DNA of 64,000 nt from an uncultured Acidobacteriia bacterium (GTDB taxonomy: Bacteria; Acidobacteriota; Terriglobia; Bryobacterales; Bryobacteraceae), in assembly GCA_903925975.1 (NCBI GenBank), contig CAIYHG010000001.1, positions 3,454-67,453 of the forward strand, written 5' to 3'. A program made the translations under genes and the position numbers. Positions within the stretch are counted from its first letter, which is position 1; every line of letters begins with the position of its first letter. Positions 19,010 through 28,277 of this stretch are shown here, piece after piece. The notes beneath the pieces are model-generated. The model was not told the DNA's origin. It was given only the letters and a program-made list of their open reading frames with translations, and did no database searches.

Positions 19010-19516
19010 ATGAAGATTTTCGCGCTGGTTTTGGCGTCGATGTTTTGTGTGGCGCAGGCGCAGGACGTGGGGTTCCTGTGCGTGAAAGCCCACCCGGGAC
19101 GCGTGGGCGTCTTTCTGGATGGCAAGTACCTGGGGCCCGCGGCCAATTTTCGCATTGCCCGAACATACAGCGTGCCCGCCGGGGCGCATGAAGTGAAACT
19201 CATCGATCCACGGTATGAGGAACTCGTAACAAAGGTCACCATAACTCCAGGCAAGAAGCTTAAGCTCGACGAGACCTTGCGCCCACTGCCTGCTGCAAAA
19301 CCCCCGTTTGGGACGATTCGCGTGCAAAACCCGGACAAGTATGCCGCAGTGTACGTGAACGGCAAGTTCTACGGGCACGTGGATGAGTTCAGCAACATCG
19401 GCCAAGGCATCATGCTGAATCCCGGCAGCTACGTGGTGACAATCGAGCCGGCATCCGGGCCGCCGGTGGTGATGACCGCCAACGTAGAGGCCAAGAAGAC
19501 GTATATCGTCAGGTAG
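19010..19516 (+). CDS. PEGA-domain lipoprotein/secreted protein
   Basis: GAGGTG Shine-Dalgarno 6 nt before ATG 19010, signal peptide, and two PEGA-like modules (VFLDGKYLG..VPAGAHEVKL and VYVNGKFYG..LNPGSYVVTI). Confidence 0.75.
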   Translation: MKIFALVLASMFCVAQAQDVGFLCVKAHPGRVGVFLDGKYLGPAANFRIARTYSVPAGAHEVKLIDPRYEELVTKVTITPGKKLKLDETLRPLPAAKPPFGTIRVQNPDKYAAVYVNGKFYGHVDEFSNIGQGIMLNPGSYVVTIEPASGPPVVMTANVEAKKTYIVR

Positions 19517-19654
19517 GGCGGCAGATTTCAAAATTAACTGCGTACGGCGAATGCCCGCGCGGAGGGTAATGCCTACCTTGTCGAGCGGTTACGCCGGTTT
19601 TGACGCAGGGCGCTACAATCGCAGAGTCGAAAGTCTCCACTGAGGTTGCGTGGC

Positions 19655-20908
19655 ATGGATTCTCCCGAACGCGTTTCACAAGAACATCTGGAACTCACCA
19701 GGCGCTTCTTTGTCGGCTTGGGCGGCCCGGCGGCAGCGGCGTGGGCCGCTTCTCCGCTGGCAGCGGCGGATGCGCCGGCGAATCCGCAATTGCAGGAGGC
19801 AATCTCCAAGCTGGTCTACCTCACGCCTCCTGAAAAGGCGTTCATTCTGGACAAGGGCAAGGCCGGCGTAGCGAAACTTCCTGACGAGGAACTGCCAAAG
19901 CTCGGCCTCACCCCCGACACGTGGTCGCTCGAAGTGCTGGCCGACCCGGCCGGCGGCAGCGTGATCGAACGCTCCTTCACGCACGCCCAGGGAAACGCTC
20001 TGAACTGGAGCGGGCTCATGAAACTGGCCGAAAGATCCGCCATCCGATTTCTGCAAATCATGAATTGCACAAACGGCACGGACCCCCACCACATGAGCCA
20101 CTGGGAGGGCGTCCCTCTGCGCGAACTCATCTGGATGGCCGGACCCAAGGACAATATCCGCCGCGTGTATTACGAGAGCTACGTGCCCGCCGGGCAGCCC
20201 ACATTCCGCAGCTCGATGCCATTGGGAATGATTCTCGAAACGCCGCCGGGCGATATCCCCCCTGTGCTGGCCTACAAAATGGATGGCGAACTCATCCCCG
20301 CGTCGCGCGGAGGGCCGGTGCGAATGATCGTGCCGGGGTCGTACGGCAGCCGCTCGATCAAATGGCTCACGCGTATTCTGCTGACGAACGATTTCAAGGC
20401 GAACGATTCGGATGCCGACTTGAACAACGACCCGGATAACGCGCAGAAGACGCGCGCGCGGTTCGTGAACGCTCCCAAGGAAGCCGCGCCGAATCAGCCG
20501 TTCGCGCTTACGGGGCTGGCGCAAATTGGCGTTTCGGGATTATCCAAGGTTCAGTACGCCGTACATTCGCAGGCACAGAAGTGGCCCGCCGACGACCCCT
20601 ATTGGACCAAAGCGGAGTGGAAGGATGCGGAGATCCTGCCGCCTCCCACGAATTGGGGCGGGGGACTGCCCGGCGGGAAACTGCCGGAACGCACAATCGG
20701 AATCGATCCGGTGAAGGGCACCCCCTTGCAGTGGCCGATGCGCTATACCATCGCGCATTGGGCCGCGCTGGCCGCGGGAGTCCCGGCGGGCAGCTACGAC
20801 ATCATCTGCCGCACCGTGGACGGTAACGGGATTCCGCAGCCCCTGCCGCGCCCCTTGGCGCGGACAGGCTTCAACACGCTGCAAGTGGCGACGCTGGTGG
20901 TGAAGTAG
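19655..20908 (+). CDS. molybdopterin-dependent oxidoreductase (sulfite-oxidase fold) with Tat signal
   Basis: Twin-arginine motif LTRRFFVGLGGPAAAAWA. SRGGPVRMIVPGSYGSRSIKWL is typical of the Moco-binding domain. Confidence 0.8.
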   Translation: MDSPERVSQEHLELTRRFFVGLGGPAAAAWAASPLAAADAPANPQLQEAISKLVYLTPPEKAFILDKGKAGVAKLPDEELPKLGLTPDTWSLEVLADPAGGSVIERSFTHAQGNALNWSGLMKLAERSAIRFLQIMNCTNGTDPHHMSHWEGVPLRELIWMAGPKDNIRRVYYESYVPAGQPTFRSSMPLGMILETPPGDIPPVLAYKMDGELIPASRGGPVRMIVPGSYGSRSIKWLTRILLTNDFKANDSDADLNNDPDNAQKTRARFVNAPKEAAPNQPFALTGLAQIGVSGLSKVQYAVHSQAQKWPADDPYWTKAEWKDAEILPPPTNWGGGLPGGKLPERTIGIDPVKGTPLQWPMRYTIAHWAALAAGVPAGSYDIICRTVDGNGIPQPLPRPLARTGFNTLQVATLVVK

Positions 20909-20957
20909 GGCACGAAGAACACTTACGCCTGATCGAGAGGCCCGCCACGGGAGCCGC

Positions 20958-22688
20958 TTAGATCGCTTCCAGTTCCTCTTCAAGCTCTTGCTTACTCGCG
21001 AGGCTCGCGTAATACCCGCCTGCTTCGATCAACTCGGCGTGCGTACCCTGCTCTACAATCCGGCCTTTTTCCAGCACGATTATCCGGTCCGCCAGCCGCA
21101 CCGTCGATACGCGGTGCGAGATCAGCACCACCGTGCGGCCCCGCATCACGTCAGCAAGATGAGTCAGAATGCGTTCCTCGGTGAGCGTGTCCACGCTCGA
21201 AAGGGCATCGTCCAGCACGAGGATGCGCGGGTCGCGCAACACTGCCCGGGCGATGGCCGTGCGCTGCTTCTGTCCGCCGGAAAGCGTGATCCCGCGTTCG
21301 CCCACCATCGTGTTGTAGCCATCCGGGAACCCTTCGATGTCTCCGGCCAGCCCGGCGATTTCCGCGGCCCGGCGAATCTGTTCCTCGGTCGCCTCCTCCA
21401 CGCCGAAGGCAATGTTCTCCGCCACCGTCGCGCTGAAGAGAAACGTTTCCTGCGGAACAAAGCCGATATGCCGCCGCAACTGGCCCGGATCGAGGCCGCG
21501 CAGATCCGCGCCGTCCAGCAGCACGGCGCCCGACGAAGGGTCGAACAACCGTGGTATCAAACTCGCCAGCGTGCTCTTGCCTGAGCCTGTGCGCCCCACC
21601 ACGGCGACCGTCTCGCCCGCTTGTATGTGGAGACTGACGCCCTCAATCGCCGGGCCGCTGCCGTAGTCCATCGAAACGCCCTGGAACTCGATGTCGCCGC
21701 GCACACTCTCAAGCGGCGGCGCTCCGGGCGGAGCGGTGATCGAAGGCTGCTCGTGAAGAATCTCGTTAATCCGCTTGAGCGACGCGCTGCCGCGCTGCAT
21801 CAGGTTGACCACCCATCCGAGCGCGATCATGGGCCAGATCAGCATGGCCATGTAGGCGTTGAACATGACGAACGAGCCCACCGTCATGCGTCCCGCCAAA
21901 ACTTGGCGGCCGCCAATCCACAGCGTGAGCAGCAGCGTCAGCCCAATCAGCGTTTCGAGAAGGGGCTCGAAAATTCCCTGGATGCGCACCAGCTTCAGAT
22001 TCTGCCTGATGTATTCCCGGTTGAGTTCCTCGAAGCGCCGCAACTCCGCCTGCTCCTGAACGAAAGCGCGGATCATGCGCACGCCGGAGAGGTTCTCCTG
22101 CACACGGCTCGAGATATCCGAGAACATGGCCTGAATCCGTTCAAAGCGCCCGTGAATCTTGCGCCCGAAGAAGATCACCGAAACGCTCACCAGCGGGGCG
22201 GGCAGCGTAGCCAGTACGGCGACGCGCCAGTCCACCGAGAGCATTACGCCCATGGCGAACACGAAAGTGAAAATGGTCTCGGTCCAGTACATGATGCCCG
22301 GACCCAGCATCATGCGCACCGCGTTCAAGTCATTGGTCGCGCGCGCCATGATGTCGCCCGTTCGAGTGCGCGCGTAATAATCCGGCGAGAGGGATGCCAG
22401 ATGGCGGAACAAATCGTTCCGCAAATCGTACTCAATGTCGCGCGAGATGCCGATGATGATGACGCGCATCCAGTACTGGAAAACGCTCTTGACGATCGCC
22501 AGTCCGGCCAGGCAAACCGCGAAGCGTATGAAGGCGGTCGATTTCCCGAGCGCGTCCACGGCGCCGCGGATCATCAGCGGCTGCGCGGTCTGCGCGATGT
22601 CTTTGAACAGCAGGCAAGCCAGGCCGAGGAACATGCCGCGGCGATACCGCCAGAGATAACCGCGAACGGTCTTGAGGCTTTCCCACAC
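20958..22688 (-). CDS. ABC exporter, fused permease/ATPase (MsbA-like)
   Basis: Six-TM N-terminal domain. Walker A GRTGSGKST, signature LSGGQKQR, Walker B ILVLDDALS. Confidence 0.9.
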   Translation of the reverse strand: MWESLKTVRGYLWRYRRGMFLGLACLLFKDIAQTAQPLMIRGAVDALGKSTAFIRFAVCLAGLAIVKSVFQYWMRVIIIGISRDIEYDLRNDLFRHLASLSPDYYARTRTGDIMARATNDLNAVRMMLGPGIMYWTETIFTFVFAMGVMLSVDWRVAVLATLPAPLVSVSVIFFGRKIHGRFERIQAMFSDISSRVQENLSGVRMIRAFVQEQAELRRFEELNREYIRQNLKLVRIQGIFEPLLETLIGLTLLLTLWIGGRQVLAGRMTVGSFVMFNAYMAMLIWPMIALGWVVNLMQRGSASLKRINEILHEQPSITAPPGAPPLESVRGDIEFQGVSMDYGSGPAIEGVSLHIQAGETVAVVGRTGSGKSTLASLIPRLFDPSSGAVLLDGADLRGLDPGQLRRHIGFVPQETFLFSATVAENIAFGVEEATEEQIRRAAEIAGLAGDIEGFPDGYNTMVGERGITLSGGQKQRTAIARAVLRDPRILVLDDALSSVDTLTEERILTHLADVMRGRTVVLISHRVSTVRLADRIIVLEKGRIVEQGTHAELIEAGGYYASLASKQELEEELEAI

Positions 22689-22696
22689 GTCCTAAC

Positions 22697-23305
22697 CTAG
22701 ATCCCAAAGAAGTCCGCGATCGTCTTAGTCCATTCCAACAGCAACATCTTGGAGGATTCCCTGTCGCGCCACCAGTAATCGGGTTGAAACGATCGGGTCG
22801 GCGCCGCCACCACGCGCATCGCGATTCCCGATCCCTTGTCGATGCGCAGGAAATCTCGCGCGGAGCGCGCCGTGTGGTAGGTGCTCGTCACCAGCAGAAA
22901 ACTGCGGATGCCGCGCCGCCGCAACTCCGGCAGGATCAGACTTACTTCTTCGCTGGTGGAATGCGCACGTACAGGGAAGGAAATGAGACCATCCGCCGGG
23001 TAGCCCCGGCTGAGGGCATAGGCGATCGCAAGGTCCGATTCCGTACGCCCGTAGAATCCGTAGATGCCGCTCACCAACACGGCCGGTACGTATCCCTCCC
23101 GCAGCAGTTCCGCGGCCTTGACTACGCGCTCGCCTTGATAGTCTCCCGCCAGCACTACCGCGATATCCGCTTTCGCCGGACCGTCGTCACGAATCAGCGC
23201 GTATGCAAACCAGGGGAGCCACAGCGCATGCGTGATCGCTGCCGCCGCAACCAGCGCAACCATGGCCAAGAGAATCTTCGGGAGGGAAAATCGGCGGCGC
23301 TCCAA
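22697..23305 (-). CDS. YdcF/ElyC (DUF218) family protein
   Basis: N-terminal TM, IAVVLAGDYQGERV..GYVPAVLVSG and LLVTSTYHTARS motifs. 8-nt spacer to the ABC exporter. Confidence 0.8.
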   Translation of the reverse strand: MERRRFSLPKILLAMVALVAAAAITHALWLPWFAYALIRDDGPAKADIAVVLAGDYQGERVVKAAELLREGYVPAVLVSGIYGFYGRTESDLAIAYALSRGYPADGLISFPVRAHSTSEEVSLILPELRRRGIRSFLLVTSTYHTARSARDFLRIDKGSGIAMRVVAAPTRSFQPDYWWRDRESSKMLLLEWTKTIADFFGI

Positions 23306-23308
23306 GGG

Positions 23309-23890
23309 CTATTTCTCGTCCCCTGAGGTTTTCTGGTCAAGATTGCCCACCGTTTTCAGGCGCTGGTAGAGGCGTTCCACTTCGGCCTCGTCCTCCGGAC
23401 GGAGAATGCGATACCGCGGAGGCGGCGCCTGTTTGCGCTCCGCAACCGGGCTCATCTCGCCCCAATACTGGCGGTAGGGAACCCCGTCGATCAGCGCATC
23501 GCGGGAGAACCGGCGCATGTGACGCAGAAGCCCCGTGCAGTGATCCAGTTCCCCGGGATAGATCACCGTCACGCGCGATTCGTCGAACAGCGTCAGCCGC
23601 ACGATCAGAGGCGATACCCATCCGGTGCGGTCCAGTCGTCGAATGTCCATCCACGGCACCACACGGCGCCCAAGCGATAGGTAGCCCTCGTGAATCTCAA
23701 TGGGGGGACGAAGCGCCAGCGCGAATAACAATCCGGCCGTGATTAAGAACAACCCGGTGGCGATAAAGGATAACGGAGCCCAGAACCAGCCTAACCAGCC
23801 CGATACCGCAGCTAGGCCCAAGGCGGAGATTCCGAACCATTTGTAATGTCCCGCAGGCCGGTATCGTGTCATGGGAAACCCCGTCTTCAC
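23309..23890 (-). CDS. hypothetical membrane protein (two TM plus PH-like soluble domain)
   Basis: 193-aa ORF with 3-nt and 6-nt spacers to its neighbours. No family recognised with confidence. Confidence 0.6.
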   Translation of the reverse strand: MKTGFPMTRYRPAGHYKWFGISALGLAAVSGWLGWFWAPLSFIATGLFLITAGLLFALALRPPIEIHEGYLSLGRRVVPWMDIRRLDRTGWVSPLIVRLTLFDESRVTVIYPGELDHCTGLLRHMRRFSRDALIDGVPYRQYWGEMSPVAERKQAPPPRYRILRPEDEAEVERLYQRLKTVGNLDQKTSGDEK

Positions 23891-23896
23891 CTAAGA

Positions 23897-24466
23897 CTAC
23901 TCCCCAGCGGACACGGCGTCAATTCGCCCAAAGGCCTGGCGCGCCCTCCACAGATAATGCGCGCCGCTGATCACCGTAATCAGAGCGCAGGGCCACGCCG
24001 CGGCCGACGCTAGCCACTGAACCCACGCCGGTTCGAGCACATTCGACGCCATCCAGCAGATCACCGTTGCAATTTGAATCAATGTGGAAAGTTTTCCCCA
24101 TCGGCTCGGCGGAAACTTGCGTTGGGGAGTCATCCACATTACCGCCAAAACGCCCAACAGGATGAAGATATCCCGGCCGATGACCAGACCGACCACCCAT
24201 AGCGGGGCCAGCCCCGCCCACGCCAGCGCCAGAAAGACTCCGCTCAACAGGCACTTATCCGCAATCGGGTCCAGGTACGCCCCGGCCCGCGTCACGCGCC
24301 CGAGGCGCCGCGCGACCGCGCCGTCGAGGAAGTCGGTGAAGCCGGCCGTCAGAAACAGCGCCAGCGCGAGCCAGTGCCTGCCTCCCAGGATCGCTTCCAC
24401 GATGAACGGGACCATCAGCAGCCGTATCAGCGTAAGTAGATTCGGTAAGTTGACCCAAGAGGCCAT
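23897..24466 (-). CDS. CDP-alcohol phosphatidyltransferase (PgsA-like)
   Basis: Start trimmed to MASWVNLPNLLTLIRL. Full motif DFLDGAVARR..G..LDPIADK. Confidence 0.85.
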   Translation of the reverse strand: MASWVNLPNLLTLIRLLMVPFIVEAILGGRHWLALALFLTAGFTDFLDGAVARRLGRVTRAGAYLDPIADKCLLSGVFLALAWAGLAPLWVVGLVIGRDIFILLGVLAVMWMTPQRKFPPSRWGKLSTLIQIATVICWMASNVLEPAWVQWLASAAAWPCALITVISGAHYLWRARQAFGRIDAVSAGE

Positions 24467-24530
24467 TAGAAACGAGTGTAACCCGAAGCGCTTCGCGCCC
24501 CATCGGGGTAGGCCTCCTGGCCTGCCCAGT

Positions 24531-25706
24531 TCACCCGCGCCTCCCCGGTCCCTTATCCTGCACTCGTCCCTTCCAAACGCCGCCGCGCCCGCGCCAGTAG
24601 GCATACGCCGAATGAATCGTCGCGCCCATGTAGAACAGCGTCACCAGCGGCAGCAGCGGCGCGCGCAGTGCCGAAACGCGGTAGTAACGCAGGGCGGGGA
24701 AGTAGGCGATCGACATCAGCCCCCACGCCGCCGCGCCCAGAACGCCCGCGGGTTCGCCCCAGCAGGCCGCTGTCAGAATCGGCGGCAGCAGGTAGGTCAC
24801 GCCCAGCCCGAGCGCCGCGCCAGTCAACAGAACGCCCGAGTGCCGCAACTGCCGGAAGGCGCTCCGCGAAATCATGCGGCCAATCTCGCGGAAGTTCTTA
24901 TACGGCCGTATGCTGCGGGTCTCGCGGTTCAACCCAAGCCACACTCGTCCGCCGGCTCGCTTGACGGCGTGAGCGAGGGCGCAATCGTCGATCAGTTCGC
25001 CGCGGATCGTCTCGATTCCGCCGATTCCTTCGAGCGCCTGGCCGCGTATCAGGATGCAGCCGCCCGCCGCGCCTGCCGTGCGGCGCCGGGAATCGGCAAT
25101 CCACTCCGGCGGGTAGAGCAGGAAGAAGAAAAAGACGAACGCCGGAATCAGCGCGCGCTCGGCCGCCGTGGCGCACTCAAGCGTGGCCATGTACGACGCC
25201 AGGCTGTAGTCTCCATCCGCCGCCCGCGCGACAAGCGCTTCGAGTGTGCCGGGAGCATGCGTGATATCGGCGTCCGTCAGCAGCAGATACTCGGGCTCGA
25301 GCGCCGCCGCCGCGCGCACTCCCTGGTCGACCGCCCACATCTTGCCGCTCCAGCCTTCGGGAAGCGGCTCGCCCCGAATCACCGTAATGCGCCCCGGCGC
25401 GGCTCGGCGCGCCACGTCGGCAGTGCCATCTGCGCTGCCATCGTCAGTGAGCACAATGTGGAACTCGCCCGCATATTCCTGGGCCGCCAGCGAGGCCACC
25501 GCACGCCCCACCACATCCGCCTCATCCCGCGCCGGAACCACGGCCACCACACGCGGCAAACCCTTCGTTGTGGGGCGGGCCTCATGGCCCGCGGAGCGGC
25601 GCGCCGGCTCCACGTCCGGTTCCCGCATTCGCCAGAAACCGCCCCGCGCCGCCAGCAGCCAGCACCATATCGCAGTCGAAAGAGCGCCGGCCGCTTCGAG
25701 AATCAT
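24531..25706 (-). CDS. family-2 glycosyltransferase, HpnB-like
   Basis: N-terminal TM, VVAVVPARDEADV, TDDGSADGT, GWSGKMWAV, LLLTDADI, AGGCILIRGQALEGIGGIETIRGELIDDCALA, C-terminal TM spans. Resembles hopene-associated HpnB as I recall it. Confidence 0.8.
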   Translation of the reverse strand: MILEAAGALSTAIWCWLLAARGGFWRMREPDVEPARRSAGHEARPTTKGLPRVVAVVPARDEADVVGRAVASLAAQEYAGEFHIVLTDDGSADGTADVARRAAPGRITVIRGEPLPEGWSGKMWAVDQGVRAAAALEPEYLLLTDADITHAPGTLEALVARAADGDYSLASYMATLECATAAERALIPAFVFFFFLLYPPEWIADSRRRTAGAAGGCILIRGQALEGIGGIETIRGELIDDCALAHAVKRAGGRVWLGLNRETRSIRPYKNFREIGRMISRSAFRQLRHSGVLLTGAALGLGVTYLLPPILTAACWGEPAGVLGAAAWGLMSIAYFPALRYYRVSALRAPLLPLVTLFYMGATIHSAYAYWRGRGGVWKGRVQDKGPGRRG

Positions 25707-25771
25707 AAACTCGCATTATCGCGCGTGCTCGCCGGTTGCCCTAGGCTGGAATGTCCCGGCCTCGCTCCGGT

Positions 25772-26191
25772 TCATTCGAGCGCAATCACAATCGCCCCGG
25801 CGACGATCAGCAGCCCCCCGATGCCTTTTCCCATCGTGAGTCTCTCGCCCAGGAACATGGCGCTCATCACAATTACGAGGGCAACGCTCAACTTGTCAAT
25901 TGGCGCCACTCGGGAAGCTGGACCCACCTGGAGCGCGTGAAAATAGCAGAGCCACGAAAGCCCCGTAGCCAGGCCGGATAGCGCCAGAAAGAGCCACGCC
26001 CTGCCCGGCAACGCCTGGTATCCCGCGGCCGGCCGCAAACCGAATGCGAGAGCCCATGTGAAGACCACAACCACGGAAGTCCTCACAGCCGTAGCCAGAT
26101 TGGCATCAACTCCCGCCACTCCGACCTTCGCCAGGATAGCGGTCGCCGCAGCGAACACCGCGGAAAGGAGAGACCATACGAGCCAAGTCAT
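25772..26191 (-). CDS. EamA-domain (DMT superfamily) small membrane transporter
   Basis: 139 aa, 4-5 TM spans, LLSAVFAA.TAILAKVG and PIDKLSVALVIV motifs. Confidence 0.8.
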   Translation of the reverse strand: MTWLVWSLLSAVFAAATAILAKVGVAGVDANLATAVRTSVVVVFTWALAFGLRPAAGYQALPGRAWLFLALSGLATGLSWLCYFHALQVGPASRVAPIDKLSVALVIVMSAMFLGERLTMGKGIGGLLIVAGAIVIALE

Positions 26192-26401
26192 GAGCCCAAC
26201 CTATCACACGCCCCCCAAAGCCCGGGCGCCTGGCCAGGAGCCCGATCCCGCAGCGATAGAACCCCGCTGATTGCCAGTGCGGCGCGGGCACACCATCTCC
26301 GTTCCCAGCATTCCGTCCTCATGGTTTCAATGCGTTACGCCTTCCCCGCCAAAAGCCCAAGGTACACTAAGCATGGGTAGACAAGCCGCGCAACGCGATC
26401 C

Positions 26402-26531
26402 GATTGGCTTCGTTCCGCCGCCTCAGCGGGGCAGACCCCCTGGTCGGGCCCGCCTCGAAGAGGCGTGCAGTCAACGTCCCCAGGCCTCCGGTCAAATTGG
26501 CTTTGTTCCGCCGGGCCAGTTCGTTCCACCC
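26402..26531. repeat. short direct repeats in a non-coding spacer
   Basis: GATTGGCTTCGTTCCGCCG (26402-26420) and AATTGGCTTTGTTCCGCCG (26495-26513) are 17/19 identical. A third partial copy TTCGTTCCACC lies at about 26520. Confidence 0.7.
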
Positions 26532-26540
26532 TTGACCCAG

Positions 26541-26722
26541 CCCGAAGGGCGGCAGATATTAGCCCACGGCGCCAGCCGTCGGGGAACCGGTTTCAAGCCG
26601 GAGGAGCCCCGTCACGGGCGGAAGAACGCACGGGGGCCGTCCGCAAATGCTTCGCTCCGCAGTCTTTCATTTCGCTGGCCGGCGTTCCCGGGGGATTGAG
26701 CCCGCACCATTCTGCGCACTCG
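26541..26722. repeat. REP-like intergenic element (family membership from memory only)
   Basis: Translates in one frame to ..EGRQILAHGASRRGTGFKPEEPRHGRKN.. and ..CFAPQSFISLAGVPGGLSP... This resembles the spurious peptides produced by a dispersed repeat common in soil high-GC genomes. It contains an internal imperfect inverted repeat CCGTCGGGG..CCCCGTCACGG. Confidence 0.3.
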
Positions 26723-26774
26723 GTTACACTGGCGCTCGGGGGCATTTCGAACCTCGTCCGCCCCCGGCGTCAGC

Positions 26775-27695
26775 ATGGAAAAGAATATCGTCATCAGGGC
26801 AAACGCTTCGCTTGCGTTGCTGGCCGGCGCCTTCGGGCTATTGCTGGCGCTGCTGATGGCGGCGGCCCTCGTCGCCTACCCAATGCCTGAGATCGGGACG
26901 TTTCCCCCGGTCCTCACCAGGGTGGCGGGCATGGCTGCGGTGTTGCTGTTCGGCGGTATTGCCGTGGGGGGAATCGCGTCCGGCGCCGGAGTTCTGAAGA
27001 GGCGCCCCTGGGCTCACGTTTCCGTGATGATCTTCGCTGCCTTGGTCGCGTTCTTCGGCGGGACGGGCTTCCTGATCATGCTCTTCATCCCCAACCTGGT
27101 GGACGCCACCGCCGATCATGGCTCCGCCGGGTTCCTCCGCGCAGCGCTGGTCGGCTTCTACGCAGCAAGCGCCGCCGTGGGCGCCTGGTGGCTGATCCTC
27201 TTCAGTGGCAGGGATGCGCAGACCTATTTCGCGGACCGGCCCGCGCCGTCGCGGCGCGGTGTGCGGCCCCTAAGCGTCACGCTGATTGCGGCGTGGTTCA
27301 TGGCGGGGGCCGGGGCGGCAAGTGCGGCGGCGGTTTTGCGTCTCCCCGCACCAGTGTTCGGCGTCTGGGCCGAGGGCTGGCGCGCCTTCGTCCTCTACAC
27401 GGCGCTGGTGGCTCTCCAAGTGGAGCTTGCGGCGGGCCTGCTGCAACTGTCGGAGAGAGAAAGGGTCCGCGGCATCTTCTATTTGGCCCTGCTCGGAACC
27501 GATGCCCTCGTGTGCGCCGTGGCCGCCGGTTATGTCCGCGAAATGAGGGGCCTGAGTCTCGAAACCGGAGCCGTGGTTCGTTTTAGCAGCGCGGCATTAC
27601 CGCTGGTCTGGATTCTCGCGGGGGCATGCCTGCTGGGAGTAGTGCTGCCCATCTGGCTGCTCATCCGCAGCCGGGCTGCTTTTCGCTCGGTCTGA
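26775..27695 (+). CDS. hypothetical polytopic membrane protein
   Basis: 306 aa, about 8 hydrophobic spans, no family recognised. Confidence 0.6.
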   Translation: MEKNIVIRANASLALLAGAFGLLLALLMAAALVAYPMPEIGTFPPVLTRVAGMAAVLLFGGIAVGGIASGAGVLKRRPWAHVSVMIFAALVAFFGGTGFLIMLFIPNLVDATADHGSAGFLRAALVGFYAASAAVGAWWLILFSGRDAQTYFADRPAPSRRGVRPLSVTLIAAWFMAGAGAASAAAVLRLPAPVFGVWAEGWRAFVLYTALVALQVELAAGLLQLSERERVRGIFYLALLGTDALVCAVAAGYVREMRGLSLETGAVVRFSSAALPLVWILAGACLLGVVLPIWLLIRSRAAFRSV

Positions 27696-27698
27696 GCG

Positions 27699-28115
27699 CT
27701 AGATGCCCAGGGCGTTGAAAATGAGGGTCATGTCGTCGTGCGCCCGAACCACTGCCGGGTCGCGCTGCATCGCGTCGTAATATTGCCGCCCGAAGCCCTC
27801 GCCGGTCTCGCTGGGGGAGATCAACTCCCTCGCGGTTTGGATCACCCGTTCGGCAGCCTGCGGCTCCGCCGGTTCTTTGGTGTCCAGGAGTTCGTCGATC
27901 GACACGATGAATTGCGAGAGTTGCCGCAGCCAGGCAAAGAACGGGTCGTTCATCGCCAGGCCGAAGTATTGGCTAGGGCTGGTGATCGGCTGGATATCCC
28001 TCTCGTAAGCCGCCTTCTGGGAATCCAGCAGCCTCATGTGGAGGCGTAAGAGTCCGGTTCTGAGATCCTTCAGGCGCTGAATCGAGGCGCCGGGCGCGGT
28101 TGGCATGGCATTCAC
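27699..28115 (-). CDS. hypothetical protein
   Basis: 138-aa ORF with balanced, helical-looking composition. No family recognised. Confidence 0.55.
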   Translation of the reverse strand: MNAMPTAPGASIQRLKDLRTGLLRLHMRLLDSQKAAYERDIQPITSPSQYFGLAMNDPFFAWLRQLSQFIVSIDELLDTKEPAEPQAAERVIQTARELISPSETGEGFGRQYYDAMQRDPAVVRAHDDMTLIFNALGI

Positions 28116-28277
28116 CAGCCTAGCAGGTCATCCACCGCCGTAGAGCCGGGCCGAATTGTGGTAAAAAGCTGCAAGCGGCAGAAAAGGATGGTCTTCCGCG
28201 TTTCCCGAAAAGTTCCGGGGCGCTGGCCGGTATAGCTCGAACCGTGTAGAAATGATACAATTTGTTTAAATTCCCAT

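Noticed and set aside
24084-25940. 618-aa ORF on the plus strand, the longest unassigned ORF in the track.
   Set aside because: It is antisense to the HpnB-like GT2 and the CDP-alcohol transferase, both of which have clear family motifs. Its product is Arg/Pro/Ala-rich low-complexity sequence typical of shadow frames in high-GC DNA.
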